A stretch of 64,000 bases of DNA from Williopsis jadinii (Eukaryota), in the NCBI GenBank assembly GCA_024346625.1, contig AP024664.1, forward strand, positions 806,001 to 870,000, in the 5' to 3' direction. Position 1 is the first letter of the stretch. Each line of letters opens with the position of its first letter. Shown in pieces: positions 20,269-30,838 of the stretch. The notes below the pieces were generated by a model. It searched no databases, had not been told where the DNA came from, and saw only the letters and a program-made list of their open reading frames with translations. The position numbers were made by a program, and so were the translations under genes.

Positions 20269-21462
20269 ATGAACACTCAACAGTCTTCGAGCCCATTTGC
20301 TGCTCTATCACAGATGAGTCCACAGAGCAGGACCCGAAACACGAAGAATCTGTCTCTACAGCTGAGTAATAATGACCGAGCACAGGATGGTGACGATACA
20401 AGGGCATTGCCATGCTCGTCACCTTTCCAAAACCCACAGTTATACAGACACAGATCGTCGGTGTCGAGGGCGTCCTCAGACTGCTCGAAGCCGTCGTTGA
20501 CAAGAAGACTGACTCTCACAATACCGACAACTGATTCCAGTAACCAACCCAATGGCAATAACACGCTCGCCAACACCAACACCAACAGCAGCAGTACGAG
20601 CAGCAGTGCCAACTCTATGAGATCAGGGGAGATTAAGAGTATTCCGAGCTTCACGAGCTCATCGCCGATAACGTCGTCCCCAATTATCCCACAGACCCCT
20701 GACTTCACCGCTACGTTTCTGAACTCGAAGGAATCGTCATCACAGTCATCATCCTCAACGTTGAACACAGTATCATGTAATGCCGAGAACGGTGCCTCGC
20801 TCAGGACGCGCACGCTGATTCATAATGTCTCGACGATGGATGTCTCCAATGACGGCGATACGCACAAGATGAATGCCTACCCAGATGGCCCAGTGTGCGT
20901 TCTTGCACCTCATTTGTTCCTATACTCTGAGCCGACACTTCAGCAGGTGTCTGGGTTTGATGTTGTGATCAACGTTGCTAGAGAATTGACCCCACCAATG
21001 TTACAGCAACATGTGTCCTCCAGTGACATGTCCTTAAAGCATTTCACCCACGATTCTACAAACTACTACTACGTTCCATGGACTCACACTTCAAAACTAT
21101 GTCCTGATTTGCCCTACCTAACACAGCTCGTCATTGATTCCATCAACGCAAACAAGAAGATACTCATCCACTGTCAATGTGGAGTGAGTCGATCGGCATC
21201 GTTAATCGTTGCATGTTTTATGAAGTTATACAATGTCTCTTTGAACGATGCTTACTCGATGCTAAAAGAACGGGCACCTGATATCTCTCCAAACATGTCA
21301 CTAATCTTTCAACTAATGGAATGGGGTGACTTAATAGGAGTCAACAAAAAGACCCCAACCGACAATATATACACCCCTGGCTTGGAGATATCAATGAATC
21401 CACTGAACGTTGAAGGCTCAAATCTGATGTGTGGATCGAGTGTGGATGTGAAAAAGTATTAA
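20269..21462 (+). CDS. MSG5: Dual-specificity MAP kinase phosphatase (Msg5/Sdp1/Cpp1-like)
   Basis: Docking motif 'RNTKNLSL', 'NAYPDGP', 'FLYSEP', catalytic 'IHCQCGVSRSAS' and 'ISPNMSLIFQL'. First ATG is at 20269; the ORF track starts at a GTG. Confidence 0.88.
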   Translation: MNTQQSSSPFAALSQMSPQSRTRNTKNLSLQLSNNDRAQDGDDTRALPCSSPFQNPQLYRHRSSVSRASSDCSKPSLTRRLTLTIPTTDSSNQPNGNNTLANTNTNSSSTSSSANSMRSGEIKSIPSFTSSSPITSSPIIPQTPDFTATFLNSKESSSQSSSSTLNTVSCNAENGASLRTRTLIHNVSTMDVSNDGDTHKMNAYPDGPVCVLAPHLFLYSEPTLQQVSGFDVVINVARELTPPMLQQHVSSSDMSLKHFTHDSTNYYYVPWTHTSKLCPDLPYLTQLVIDSINANKKILIHCQCGVSRSASLIVACFMKLYNVSLNDAYSMLKERAPDISPNMSLIFQLMEWGDLIGVNKKTPTDNIYTPGLEISMNPLNVEGSNLMCGSSVDVKKY

Positions 21463-21605
21463 ATTCTACATACAGGTGAATAATGAATGCAATAATGAAT
21501 GCAATAATGACAACATGGTAATATTATATGATAGATGTATATTACAATCAAGTTTCGTATGAGTTTTATACGTAGAAAAGCAAATATGTATTTTGATTAC
21601 GGAGA

Positions 21606-24600
21606 TTACTTGCTCAATCTCTTCAAGAACTCCAACAATTCGATAACGTTCTGTGTATCATGGCCTTCATAGACATACTGAGTTGCAATTTTTGTAGCAA
21701 ACAATGATCTAGAGTAAGCCTCTGGCAATCTGGCCAAAACCTCATCAACAGAGCCAGCCTCTTCCAAGAGAAGCTGTGGGATACCATGTTCAAAGATCTT
21801 CTTACGCAATGTCAAGTCATTCCACAGATCGTCACTCTTTGAAATCAAATCACACAAATGGTTGATATCATTAGACAACAAATCCGAAGATTCTGATAAG
21901 GTCTTACCAGTGACATCTCTGTAGTGCAAAAGTGCAGCAGCCTCCTTATCAGCGTTGGAAACAATGAGCTCTTGGACTTGTTTCACATAAGCCTTGTAGA
22001 AATCCGTACCAGCTTTGAAGTCCTTGATGAATTGAGAGTCTGTGAGGACAAGAGAAGCCATAACTTCCGCAGATGATGATGTAACACCACCCTTGTTGGT
22101 CGATGCGTCCTTGAATACAACAGCACCGGCTTTCTCCAACTCTATCTTTGCTTGTTGAGTGATGAACAAGTTTGCACCTTCAACAATGTACTTGATAATA
22201 CTATGACCATTAGAATCTAACAAATGATCAACAGTGTCAATGTCAATTGCTGCTGGACGGCCACCACAAGGCACAAACAAGTCAATTGGGCCAATGTACT
22301 TAGCGATGTTCAAATGGAACAAGTTTCTGAAGTATACACCATTTGTTATAACTTCACCGCTTGGCAACGTCAGATCTTTATCATCCACAGTAACAACAAA
22401 TCCTTCTGGTGATAGCAATGAGCTGTTGTACTCATTGATCATAGCTCTCTTTTTAGCCAAACGGATCAATTCATCCTTGTTCAAACCCTTTGGATCACAG
22501 AGAACACCAGATCCATCAACAATACCAACATATGATTCGTTTGGTGTGGAAAGTAAGATCTCGTTGGAGCCCAAATCACCATCTGGACCACCGGTTTGGA
22601 ACTTTGTGATGGTTGTATCTTGTAGGTGCAATCTTTCATAAATCTTTGCAACATAAGCTCTTACAGACAAAGATGTCATACCATATTCATCATGAGGAAT
22701 ACCACCAAGAGATGGAGACTTACCAGTCAGGAACGACTTCCACCATGGAGCACCCCTTTTCTTAGCATGCAAAGTTGCCCAATCGGTGTAACCAGCAGTA
22801 CCTTCATCTGGACCCAAGAACAAAATTTCAGGCTTGTTGTAAAGATCAACGATAGGGTCCTTGATACCCGGGGTATCATCCTTGATCAGCAAATCAATCA
22901 ACGCATCAATGTATTTTTCAAATCCAGTCTTTGGATTCTCTTGAGCATCCAAGTCTAACAAGATAACACCCTTAGAACCACCTTCCGGAATATCTTTGTT
23001 CTTTCTCTGTTGAGTGGAAGCCAAGTTGTAGTTTTCGTCAAACAAGTTTCTAACGTTGGTTTCATACGCATCCTTAGATCTGGATCTAACAATACGGATA
23101 CCACCTCTTGCGATATCTCTAAATCTGATATGGAAGCCTCTAAACTCGGCACCAACCAGGAAGAAAAGACCAAACGGAGTATCTGGGTACTCGAGTTTTG
23201 ACAAGAATGATGGATCCAGTCTGAAAGATATAGCAACCTTTGTAGAGACAAAGAAGTTTGTCTTGAGTACAGATTTGTTAAACATGAACAACGCTCTCAA
23301 TACGAGGGCGTCATTTTCGTTAAAGACATTTGCCAGTAGCAATTTCTCAAACTCTTCCTCTGATTTAATTGGGGATATCTTTGAGAGTCTTTGATAGGAT
23401 AGAGTCTTCTCCAAGTTGGATCTAATGTAGTGAACATCGGCGAACGAACGGAATAACTGGGAAATGATTGACTTGTAGCGATTAAAGACATCAAAGATAA
23501 ATGACTGTGTAAACGTTTCAGATCTCAATCTCTTCTTCAATGATGAAAGAACCTCTGCAACCTGATGGGATTCATTAGGGCTGAGTAATTTCAACAAAGA
23601 CTGATATTCTGCACCTAATCTGTTCAAGAAATGTGTGACAAAGATTCCACCACAGTGTGCGTAGACGGATTCTTGAATTGAGAGCTCATTGTTGGCGAAT
23701 GCCTCAAAGAAGAACCCATGTGGAATACAGTAGAGCAACGAAGCCTCCTTGATCAATTGATAGATTGAGGAAGGATCGGCATTCAGGCTCTGTTTCAGGT
23801 AAACGGAGACGACAGTGACTCCGTTGGAAAAGTTTTCAACGTATTTTCTCGACAAATCCAACTTGTAGTAGTTGATCAAAGCGGACAATGCGGAAAAGTA
23901 CTTTTTCGTCGTGTGTTGCTTGTACCCGATTATGATGCGGTGTTCATCCGAGTTCTCCACGGGGAAATGTTTGATGATTGGACCCGCGGTCTGTTTCAAC
24001 ACCTCTTCAATGATACCGTTGTAAAGCTTCTTGGTGTTTGGGGAAATGATCTTCGAGAACGTAACGTCGTAGATCGATCCCTTCTCAAATTTGTTCTTGT
24101 AGACGAAATGAGCGCGGACTGTCTTGGTGGAACTTTCCGAGTTGAACTGCTCATTGTTCAAAATCAATGGCGCGTTGAACGACTCAACACGGTAAGTCCC
24201 GTCTGCCAGCTGGTCCAAGTAGTTGTCATCGATGCGCTCTTCGTAGTTTGTGAGCTTGAACTCGTTTGTGCCCGGGACAGACGTATCGAAGTAAACCGCG
24301 TGGTCCTTAGACTCACGCTTATGGTGGATAAAAGGCGAATCGAGGTCGCTTCTGGCAAACGCATCCAACTTCGCTGAGTACAGCGCATGGATGTGCGACA
24401 CGATTCCCTCCACAGTTTCTCTCTCGAAGTAAACGTCATCAATTCCCAAGCTCTCATAGAACCAGCGAGCTTCAGACTCGATCAGGTTCTCTGGGATGAA
24501 TCCGTACTTATCAATGAGATCAAGCACTTTTTCAAACTGGGCCTCCTTGCCAATAAAGGGCAAGTTTTGGTAGCCAGACTTCACCGATGAGATCGATAAG

Positions 24601-24641
24601 GCGGCAATCTCTGGCGTCTGTGTTGAAAGTTCGTCAACCAT
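21606..24641 (-). CDS. GDH2: NAD-specific glutamate dehydrogenase
   Basis: 1011 aa. 'FRGFHIRFRDIARGGIR', 'KNKDIPEGGSKG', 'GPDEGTAG', 'QTGGPDGDLGSN' and 'VEGANLF'. Confidence 0.96.
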   Translation of the reverse strand: MVDELSTQTPEIAALSISSVKSGYQNLPFIGKEAQFEKVLDLIDKYGFIPENLIESEARWFYESLGIDDVYFERETVEGIVSHIHALYSAKLDAFARSDLDSPFIHHKRESKDHAVYFDTSVPGTNEFKLTNYEERIDDNYLDQLADGTYRVESFNAPLILNNEQFNSESSTKTVRAHFVYKNKFEKGSIYDVTFSKIISPNTKKLYNGIIEEVLKQTAGPIIKHFPVENSDEHRIIIGYKQHTTKKYFSALSALINYYKLDLSRKYVENFSNGVTVVSVYLKQSLNADPSSIYQLIKEASLLYCIPHGFFFEAFANNELSIQESVYAHCGGIFVTHFLNRLGAEYQSLLKLLSPNESHQVAEVLSSLKKRLRSETFTQSFIFDVFNRYKSIISQLFRSFADVHYIRSNLEKTLSYQRLSKISPIKSEEEFEKLLLANVFNENDALVLRALFMFNKSVLKTNFFVSTKVAISFRLDPSFLSKLEYPDTPFGLFFLVGAEFRGFHIRFRDIARGGIRIVRSRSKDAYETNVRNLFDENYNLASTQQRKNKDIPEGGSKGVILLDLDAQENPKTGFEKYIDALIDLLIKDDTPGIKDPIVDLYNKPEILFLGPDEGTAGYTDWATLHAKKRGAPWWKSFLTGKSPSLGGIPHDEYGMTSLSVRAYVAKIYERLHLQDTTITKFQTGGPDGDLGSNEILLSTPNESYVGIVDGSGVLCDPKGLNKDELIRLAKKRAMINEYNSSLLSPEGFVVTVDDKDLTLPSGEVITNGVYFRNLFHLNIAKYIGPIDLFVPCGGRPAAIDIDTVDHLLDSNGHSIIKYIVEGANLFITQQAKIELEKAGAVVFKDASTNKGGVTSSSAEVMASLVLTDSQFIKDFKAGTDFYKAYVKQVQELIVSNADKEAAALLHYRDVTGKTLSESSDLLSNDINHLCDLISKSDDLWNDLTLRKKIFEHGIPQLLLEEAGSVDEVLARLPEAYSRSLFATKIATQYVYEGHDTQNVIELLEFLKRLSK

Positions 24642-27133
24642 TGTTTTCTCTTGTTTATGTGCAATTGTTTTGTGTGGTGTTTAGAAGCAACCGCCCAGTG
24701 GGACTAAATTGAGCTTTTGAAGAACACATGTGGCGGTTTATATACAAATTTCCCATCGTCATTGAAAGCACCAGTGTTGTAAAGTTTGGGGTCACTTGGA
24801 CTTCTTCGATTTTGTTCTCAGACATGTCAAACAGCACTTCCAAAAGACCGCAAAACCCTCAAAATGGACAAATCTGGGCACAGTGGGACAAACGGGACAA
24901 ATGGGACAAATTTAAAATTGGGCCACTTTGAACGGTGCGGTTAGCTATGGCCATGTGAACGGGTGTGAGTGCGCGCGCGCAGAATCAGGAGCCCGCAGTT
25001 GAGAGGGTGCGGGAAAAATAACTGTGTGGTTCTATTGTTGCACACTAAATTGTTGCACCTTCTTTGTCACATAGGTCAGCAGTTTTGTGCAATGGCTTTG
25101 TGTGTATGTGAATGACTTCAATGGTCATTTCCTCTATAAAGGGGCACTTGTATGGCTATGTCCTTGGGCTCATGTACGTGATGAAGGCGCGATGATTCCA
25201 CACCTCACGGGGTCGGAAATGACAACATGTATTGATTTCGACTTATAATGAGTAGCGTCGCTTGTTGGTTCCTCTTGAGTACTTTAACAAGTCAAGGAGT
25301 CATTTGTCCTAAACCTTTTTTGGTTGTTGTTGTTGTTGTTTCTTTTTACCTGCATCAAAAATGTCCAAAACGCCTACGGCTTGGGTGGTGAACTTTTATC
25401 AAATGCGGCAATATAGCGCCGCAACTATTGGCAATTTCTCCCAATTGGAGAACTGTTGTCTTTTGGGGAAGAGGCATAATGTGTGAAATGAGGAGCAAAG
25501 AGGAGTTGGACGCATGCCTCTATGGAAAGTGATGACTTGTATCTGCGCTAAAAGTCATCTTCTTTAGCTACGTTAGGCTTTCATGTCTGTTGTTTCTTCA
25601 CAAATGCCGTAGGGTGCTGTAGACTTGGAACTGTTCCCTCCCCCCTCAACTTGGTGCAAATTCGAAATCTGGGGTAATTAGAGTTATACCAATAATTAAC
25701 GAAGAAGATTTTCCCAAAACTCAGTTTTTACCTTTCCAGAATTCAGGCGATCGAATCTGTTTAAGCCACCAAGTATGAGTCAGACTGCCGCAAGAAGCTT
25801 TGGGACAATCACTATCGTCGTTCGTTGTTTGATAACGCGCTGGGGTTGTACGCCCGCGCGGTCTTTGTCCCAATTGTCTGATATTTGTCCGCTAGAGATG
25901 TGTCCAGGCTTCAAAGGGCACCTTGGCCCAAAAAAAAAAGGAAAACAAGAGCGAGCGAGAGATAATTGACAGGTACACACGATACAACGTCGTATGTGCC
26001 TTGGGTTTTTCCAAATCAGTAATAATAGTCGAAGCCTTTCTGGTTAGAGTTCACGGCGCTATTCCTGAAAATTGCTAACTGTTTACCGAAAATTGGATTA
26101 TCAACCACAATAGGCACCCGTAGATGGTGGCATCGCAGCTTTACCCACACAATTGTGGTTGATGATTCGGTTATTCCAGGACAATTGAAACGAGGAATGA
26201 GGTGAAAAAAACGATAAATGTTCTAATATCTCTAATCTCCATAAGTACGGCATCCACTATCGCTAAGGCTTGTGATAGGGGTGTGTTGGTGCAGACAAAT
26301 GTCTCGAACGTTACAAATTGGGTTACTAAATTTATCGATGAGTCAAAAAAAAATTTCAACATATGGTGTGTAAAGTTGGCAACCATATGAGCTTTGACTC
26401 AGAAGATACACTCTGAATTGTGGATCGTAGAACGGTACAGTAATATGGCGTACTAAGCAACTACTGACGCTATGTTCGGAACAGTCTTTAAACCACGTCC
26501 ATCAGAGCCTGTCTTTGCTGTGAATCGTCGACAACCGGTACCTTAGGGGTGGGATTTGCGAGCCGTTGTTGCCCTGGCAATTTTGTGCTCTGCAACCACC
26601 GTTTTGGACACGTTTGGATTTTTTGTGTCAAAGTTCGTCTGTGTGGCACGCCCTCCTCATTGGGCTCTTCTCGTCTACAGTTGTCCTGAGCAGTGAATAC
26701 CTACGGAACATTTTTCCCCACACCAATTTCGAAATTTCAGAGGTTTCAACTGCCCACCCATCAGCAGCTCCACAGTTGTATGGGTTTACAAGGTGTATAT
26801 GCATAGAGGCATGCTGATCCCGCTTCAAAACTTGCCCAACATATCTCAACTCAACAAAGCATTTCGGGTCCTACACGCATGTTGAACTAGTAAAAGTGCA
26901 GTCTATTTAAACCGTTTGAAAGAACGATTTCCAACTCTCTGTGGAGAACACGCTTCCACTGGGTGCTCCTCCTTTGCTCTTGTTTGTGACAAACTACACT
27001 GCGGATGTGTTCGAGGCAATTAACCTAAGCGTCCTGACTAGTCAAATTGTACTTGTTCAACAAAGCTAAGAAAACAGTATGTATATGAAAAGAGCACGAA
27101 CGACAAAATTGGCACACAGTCAGATGGAGTCCA

Positions 27134-27505
27134 TTACAACTTGGCCTTTGCAGGCGCAACTGCCTTCAAGATCTTCTCAATGTTGGCGGCCTTCATAACA
27201 TCACCTCTCACCTTTAACTTTCCAGTAAGGAATAACTTTTGGGAGTTACTCTTGCCGTTAACCAACTTCTTAAAGTCCAAGTCACCCAAGTTGATGAGTA
27301 AATCAGACTCAGCATCTGCCGTGGTTTCGGTCAATGTTCCTTCTTTTTTCAAATCTAACTTCCATGCTTTCTGTTCGCCTTTCTTGTTCTTCAAGTTGAA
27401 GATGATGACGGAATTCGTCTTCTTGACTAACTCTTTAGCTAAGCTTGGATTGGATGAAAGAGATGTTTCGATCTGTTTGAAAATTGGCTCGCTCTTGAAA
27501 CTCAT
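27134..27505 (-). CDS. Peroxisomal sterol carrier protein 2 (SCP2; POX18/PXP18-like)
   Basis: 123 aa from ATG 27505. SCP2 motif 'QKLFLTGKLKVRGDVMKA' and C-terminal PTS1 -AKL. TATATAAA lies ~80 bp upstream. Confidence 0.9.
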   Translation of the reverse strand: MSFKSEPIFKQIETSLSSNPSLAKELVKKTNSVIIFNLKNKKGEQKAWKLDLKKEGTLTETTADAESDLLINLGDLDFKKLVNGKSNSQKLFLTGKLKVRGDVMKAANIEKILKAVAPAKAKL

Positions 27506-27802
27506 AGTTGGTTGTATTGCTTGATGAACTGTTTGTTGTGTTGAATAAATGTGGGTTTTCGCCCCCTCCACAAGACCCTTTTTATATATCAACTACCCCA
27601 CATTCATCGCCCGCAACGCTCGTTAAACGGCCCGCGGTTGAATAAGGCTACTCCAAAAAGAAACGCATTTTTTTTTGATCGCTTGCTGTATCAGCTTTTT
27701 CATAAAACGGGAAATCACACATCGAGATGAGAGGGTGCAGTACAATTTGTCGTATTGTTAAAGCTAAGTATCTAATGCTAAGATTGAACGCTGGAATAAT
27801 GA

Positions 27803-28906
27803 TCAACACAACTGAGCTGTAATCAATGCTGACACAATAGAGATGACGATTCCAAGACTAATGGAAGATGCTGAACTGACCTGGTCATCTTCAGTCACCT
27901 CTTTAGTGCCATTGGTACAGTTGTCATAAATTGTTCCGTTGTCAATAGGAATCTCTGAGTAGTCAGGGTGTTTCTTATCAATATCGTCAAAGACATCCTC
28001 GATATCAGATTCTTCATCTTCATCTTTGTCTTCCAATTCCTCGGTGGTTTCTTTGGTGTGTTCTGTAGTTTCCTCTGTGGTTGATTTACCACTCTTACCC
28101 TTGTGTGCAACATCGGCCTCTTCAGAATCATCTTCAGCCTCGAAGTCACTCTCAATGTCATCTCTTCTATTATTATCATCTTTTTCATATTGCTCATCCA
28201 CATCTTCGGGGGAAAACAAATCATCCTCCGTAGAAGCATCATATTCAGGTGTTTCTGAGAGTTCTTCAGTATCTACTGAAGTAGCTTGAAAGTCATGAGA
28301 TGACCGATGGACTATCCCAGCCAACTCCTCATACTTTCTCACTTCTTCAGCCTCTGTCTCGGCATTCAACAACAACAAGTCCTCTGGCTCTCTGGACTTG
28401 CGAATATCAGCGCATGCCAATCTTTCTCCGCTCTCCAAGTGGATCACAACAGACTTACCACCGATGAACTGAGGCGTGGACGCATCCAATCCCAAATATG
28501 GATCATAATAAAACAACTCGAAGCAAGTTGTATTGATCAAGCCATGCTTACCGCTCAAGTCACCAATCTCGCAAATGGAGTCGTCTCCAAGCAGTTCGCA
28601 GTCACTTGGTGCACCATATGGGTTGAAATGGCCTCCCGTAGTTTCGCAGTCACCACCAACAGGGTGTTCATGGATGTGGTACGTAAACATACCAGAGTTC
28701 TTTGGTAAACCGGTAACGTCGACGTGAACCTTTGTGGTGCCGTTCAAAGAGTAGAACTGGATAACACCTACAACGGTCTGCGTATTCCCCTGGGGGAAAT
28801 CGGCTCTGTAAAGAACATCAGTTGGATTGTCGTTAATTGCAATAGCTGGAGCAGTTGCAGTGACCATGGAAGCCAACAAGGGCAAGACAAAGCACTTGGA
28901 GATCAT
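27803..28906 (-). CDS. SOD6: Secreted, probably GPI-anchored Cu-only superoxide dismutase (Sod6-like)
   Basis: Signal peptide; 'YHIHE', 'GGHFNPY', 'GDLSGKHG', 'INTTCFELFYYDPYL' and 'SVVIH...LACADI'; acidic stalk; hydrophobic C-terminal GPI-like signal. Confidence 0.85.
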   Translation of the reverse strand: MISKCFVLPLLASMVTATAPAIAINDNPTDVLYRADFPQGNTQTVVGVIQFYSLNGTTKVHVDVTGLPKNSGMFTYHIHEHPVGGDCETTGGHFNPYGAPSDCELLGDDSICEIGDLSGKHGLINTTCFELFYYDPYLGLDASTPQFIGGKSVVIHLESGERLACADIRKSREPEDLLLLNAETEAEEVRKYEELAGIVHRSSHDFQATSVDTEELSETPEYDASTEDDLFSPEDVDEQYEKDDNNRRDDIESDFEAEDDSEEADVAHKGKSGKSTTEETTEHTKETTEELEDKDEDEESDIEDVFDDIDKKHPDYSEIPIDNGTIYDNCTNGTKEVTEDDQVSSASSISLGIVISIVSALITAQLC

Positions 28907-29358
28907 CGTTAATGTGTGTCTAATACTCCTCTACTGGTGAACGACGCTATTGTAGAACTCCACAATGGTATTTTAACCACAAATCAACCACAATGGGCAA
29001 TCATTTCACCGCAAATCACAATACTGAGGAACTTGCCACAAACATCGGTTCTGTTTGTGTAAACCGTAGGATCACAAAAGAAAAATCAAAACAAAGGCAT
29101 AAACAGAAACATCTACAACTGTTGGTAGAAGAGAAAGAAAATGACAATTTCTTAACTAATAAGTCAGTTTGCGTAAAAATATGAGTATAATCCAGCCTGG
29201 CCTAGGAACACTCTCCAAGAATAAATATAAAATTGAACAACAAAAACAAAAACCCATGAAAACAAAAGACAGAAAAGACCCACTCACACCCCTTGTATGT
29301 TTATGAAATGCGTACTAGTTTCAAGAAGCAGTACGCTCATGCAATCAGTGATGAAAAT

Positions 29359-30099
29359 TTATACCATGAAGGATTCACCACAGCCACATGTTCCCTTAGA
29401 GTTTGGATTCTTGAAGACAAATCTTGAACTCAACTTGTCATCGATCCAATCCATCTCGGAACCAACGATTGAGAAGAGGGCCTTTGAATCAATGACAACT
29501 TTAACCCCGTCTTGTTCGACAACCTCATCAAACTTCTGTGGCTCTTCGATATATTCAAGGTTATATGTTAAGCCAGAACAGCCCCTGTTCTTCACTCCAA
29601 TACGAATCATCTGTGGAGTCGGCTGGTTCAGGAGACCTTTGAGGTGGGAAAGAGCATTAGGGGATAGCGTAATAAGTGCCTTGCGTGGCTTCAATGTTCT
29701 TCTTCTTCTCTTCTTTGGTGTAGTTGTGGTGCTGGCATCAACAGTGGTTGCCTCTTGGGGTATGGTCTGTGTTGTAGTAGTGGTACTGGTAATGGTGGAA
29801 GCAGCCTTGCTTGCCTCGGTTGGTGCCTCAGCGGTCTTGTTTCTCTTCAAAACATCTCCAAAGCTTCTAGAAGGTAGACTGTGCTTGGCCCATCCGGTCG
29901 ATCCCAAACTCTTCGTCGTGCTGCGGTCACTAGTCCCTTCCGAACTCTGTGTGGACATCTTGTACGGCACGTAGCTCGCACCTTGGACGGGCATTGGTGT
30001 GGTTTGCAAAAATCTCTTAGTAGAGTTTGCCATTGTAGAAGAGAAGTTTCTGCGTAGTAGTAGTGACATATCTGAAATCTGTGGTACTGTTCTCAACAT
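29359..30099 (-). CDS. ISA1: Mitochondrial A-type Fe-S assembly protein Isa1
   Basis: 'IRIGVKNRGCSGLTY', C-terminal 'NPNSKGTCGCGESF', and an Arg/Ser-rich presequence. Confidence 0.95.
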   Translation of the reverse strand: MLRTVPQISDMSLLLRRNFSSTMANSTKRFLQTTPMPVQGASYVPYKMSTQSSEGTSDRSTTKSLGSTGWAKHSLPSRSFGDVLKRNKTAEAPTEASKAASTITSTTTTTQTIPQEATTVDASTTTTPKKRRRRTLKPRKALITLSPNALSHLKGLLNQPTPQMIRIGVKNRGCSGLTYNLEYIEEPQKFDEVVEQDGVKVVIDSKALFSIVGSEMDWIDDKLSSRFVFKNPNSKGTCGCGESFMV

Positions 30100-30706
30100 C
30101 TGCTTTGTATATGATCTGTGTGTGTAAAGGCGCTGCCACGGGTGTATTCTTCTATTGAACGTTCTGCTGTATATGGCCTAGAGAACAACTTGAAATTGGA
30201 TATAATAATGCAAATGAATTGGGGATCGTGGTCAAGCCTCAATGTCTATAAGAATAATAGAGATTCTTGTAGATAACTATGAAAGATATAGGGAGAATAT
30301 ATTCACCAAGTTGAAAGAAGAGGAAAAGAAAATCAATGACCCTCCCTTTTTTTTTACAGTTATTGTCCTTGGCTTTTGAGCGCAAAGAAAGGGCCAGGAA
30401 AGGGAGAAAAACAAAAAAAACCCTCCTCCGGGCGTGGCACCGCCAAACGTTCCAAACACAAAATATAAAATGGGGGCGTGATTATGTCATCAGTGTGACT
30501 CAAAAGCAGCCAATGAGAGAAGGGGAAAGTGTAAGCATTTTGAATTTCACGCCAATTACCACAATGTTCGCGAATTTTTCCAAAGGTGTCCTTTCTTTCG
30601 CAAATCCCGATTTTCGCAAAAGCTGTGACTCCTCGTCCAAACTGCCAGGTGCGTGACTAAGGGAAAGCCGGTCCTAACTTGCCTAACTACTGCTCACCAG
30701 CATGGC

Positions 30707-30776
30707 CATCCATACACCTACATCCGTACACCTACATCCGTACACATACATCCGTACACATACATCCGTACACACA
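30707..30776. repeat. Tandem minisatellite, 5 x 14 bp (CATCCGTACACMTA)
   Basis: Units start at 30707, 30721, 30735, 30749 and 30763. Confidence 0.95.
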
Positions 30777-30838
30777 CAAGTAAAAAAAAGACAAGCATTA
30801 ATAGACACATTAACAAAGAGATGTAGTAAATTTGTGGG

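Noticed and set aside
21479..21510. 12-bp repeat AATAATGAATGC (~2.7 copies) in the MSG5/GDH2 convergent terminator; also GGGACAAA repeats near 24884-24910, (GTT)n near 25323 and G10 at 33588-33597
   Set aside because: Ordinary slippage-type simple repeats with no evidence of function.
30707..30776. 14-bp repeat array considered as CRISPR-like
   Set aside because: No spacers and a eukaryotic context; it is a plain tandem repeat.
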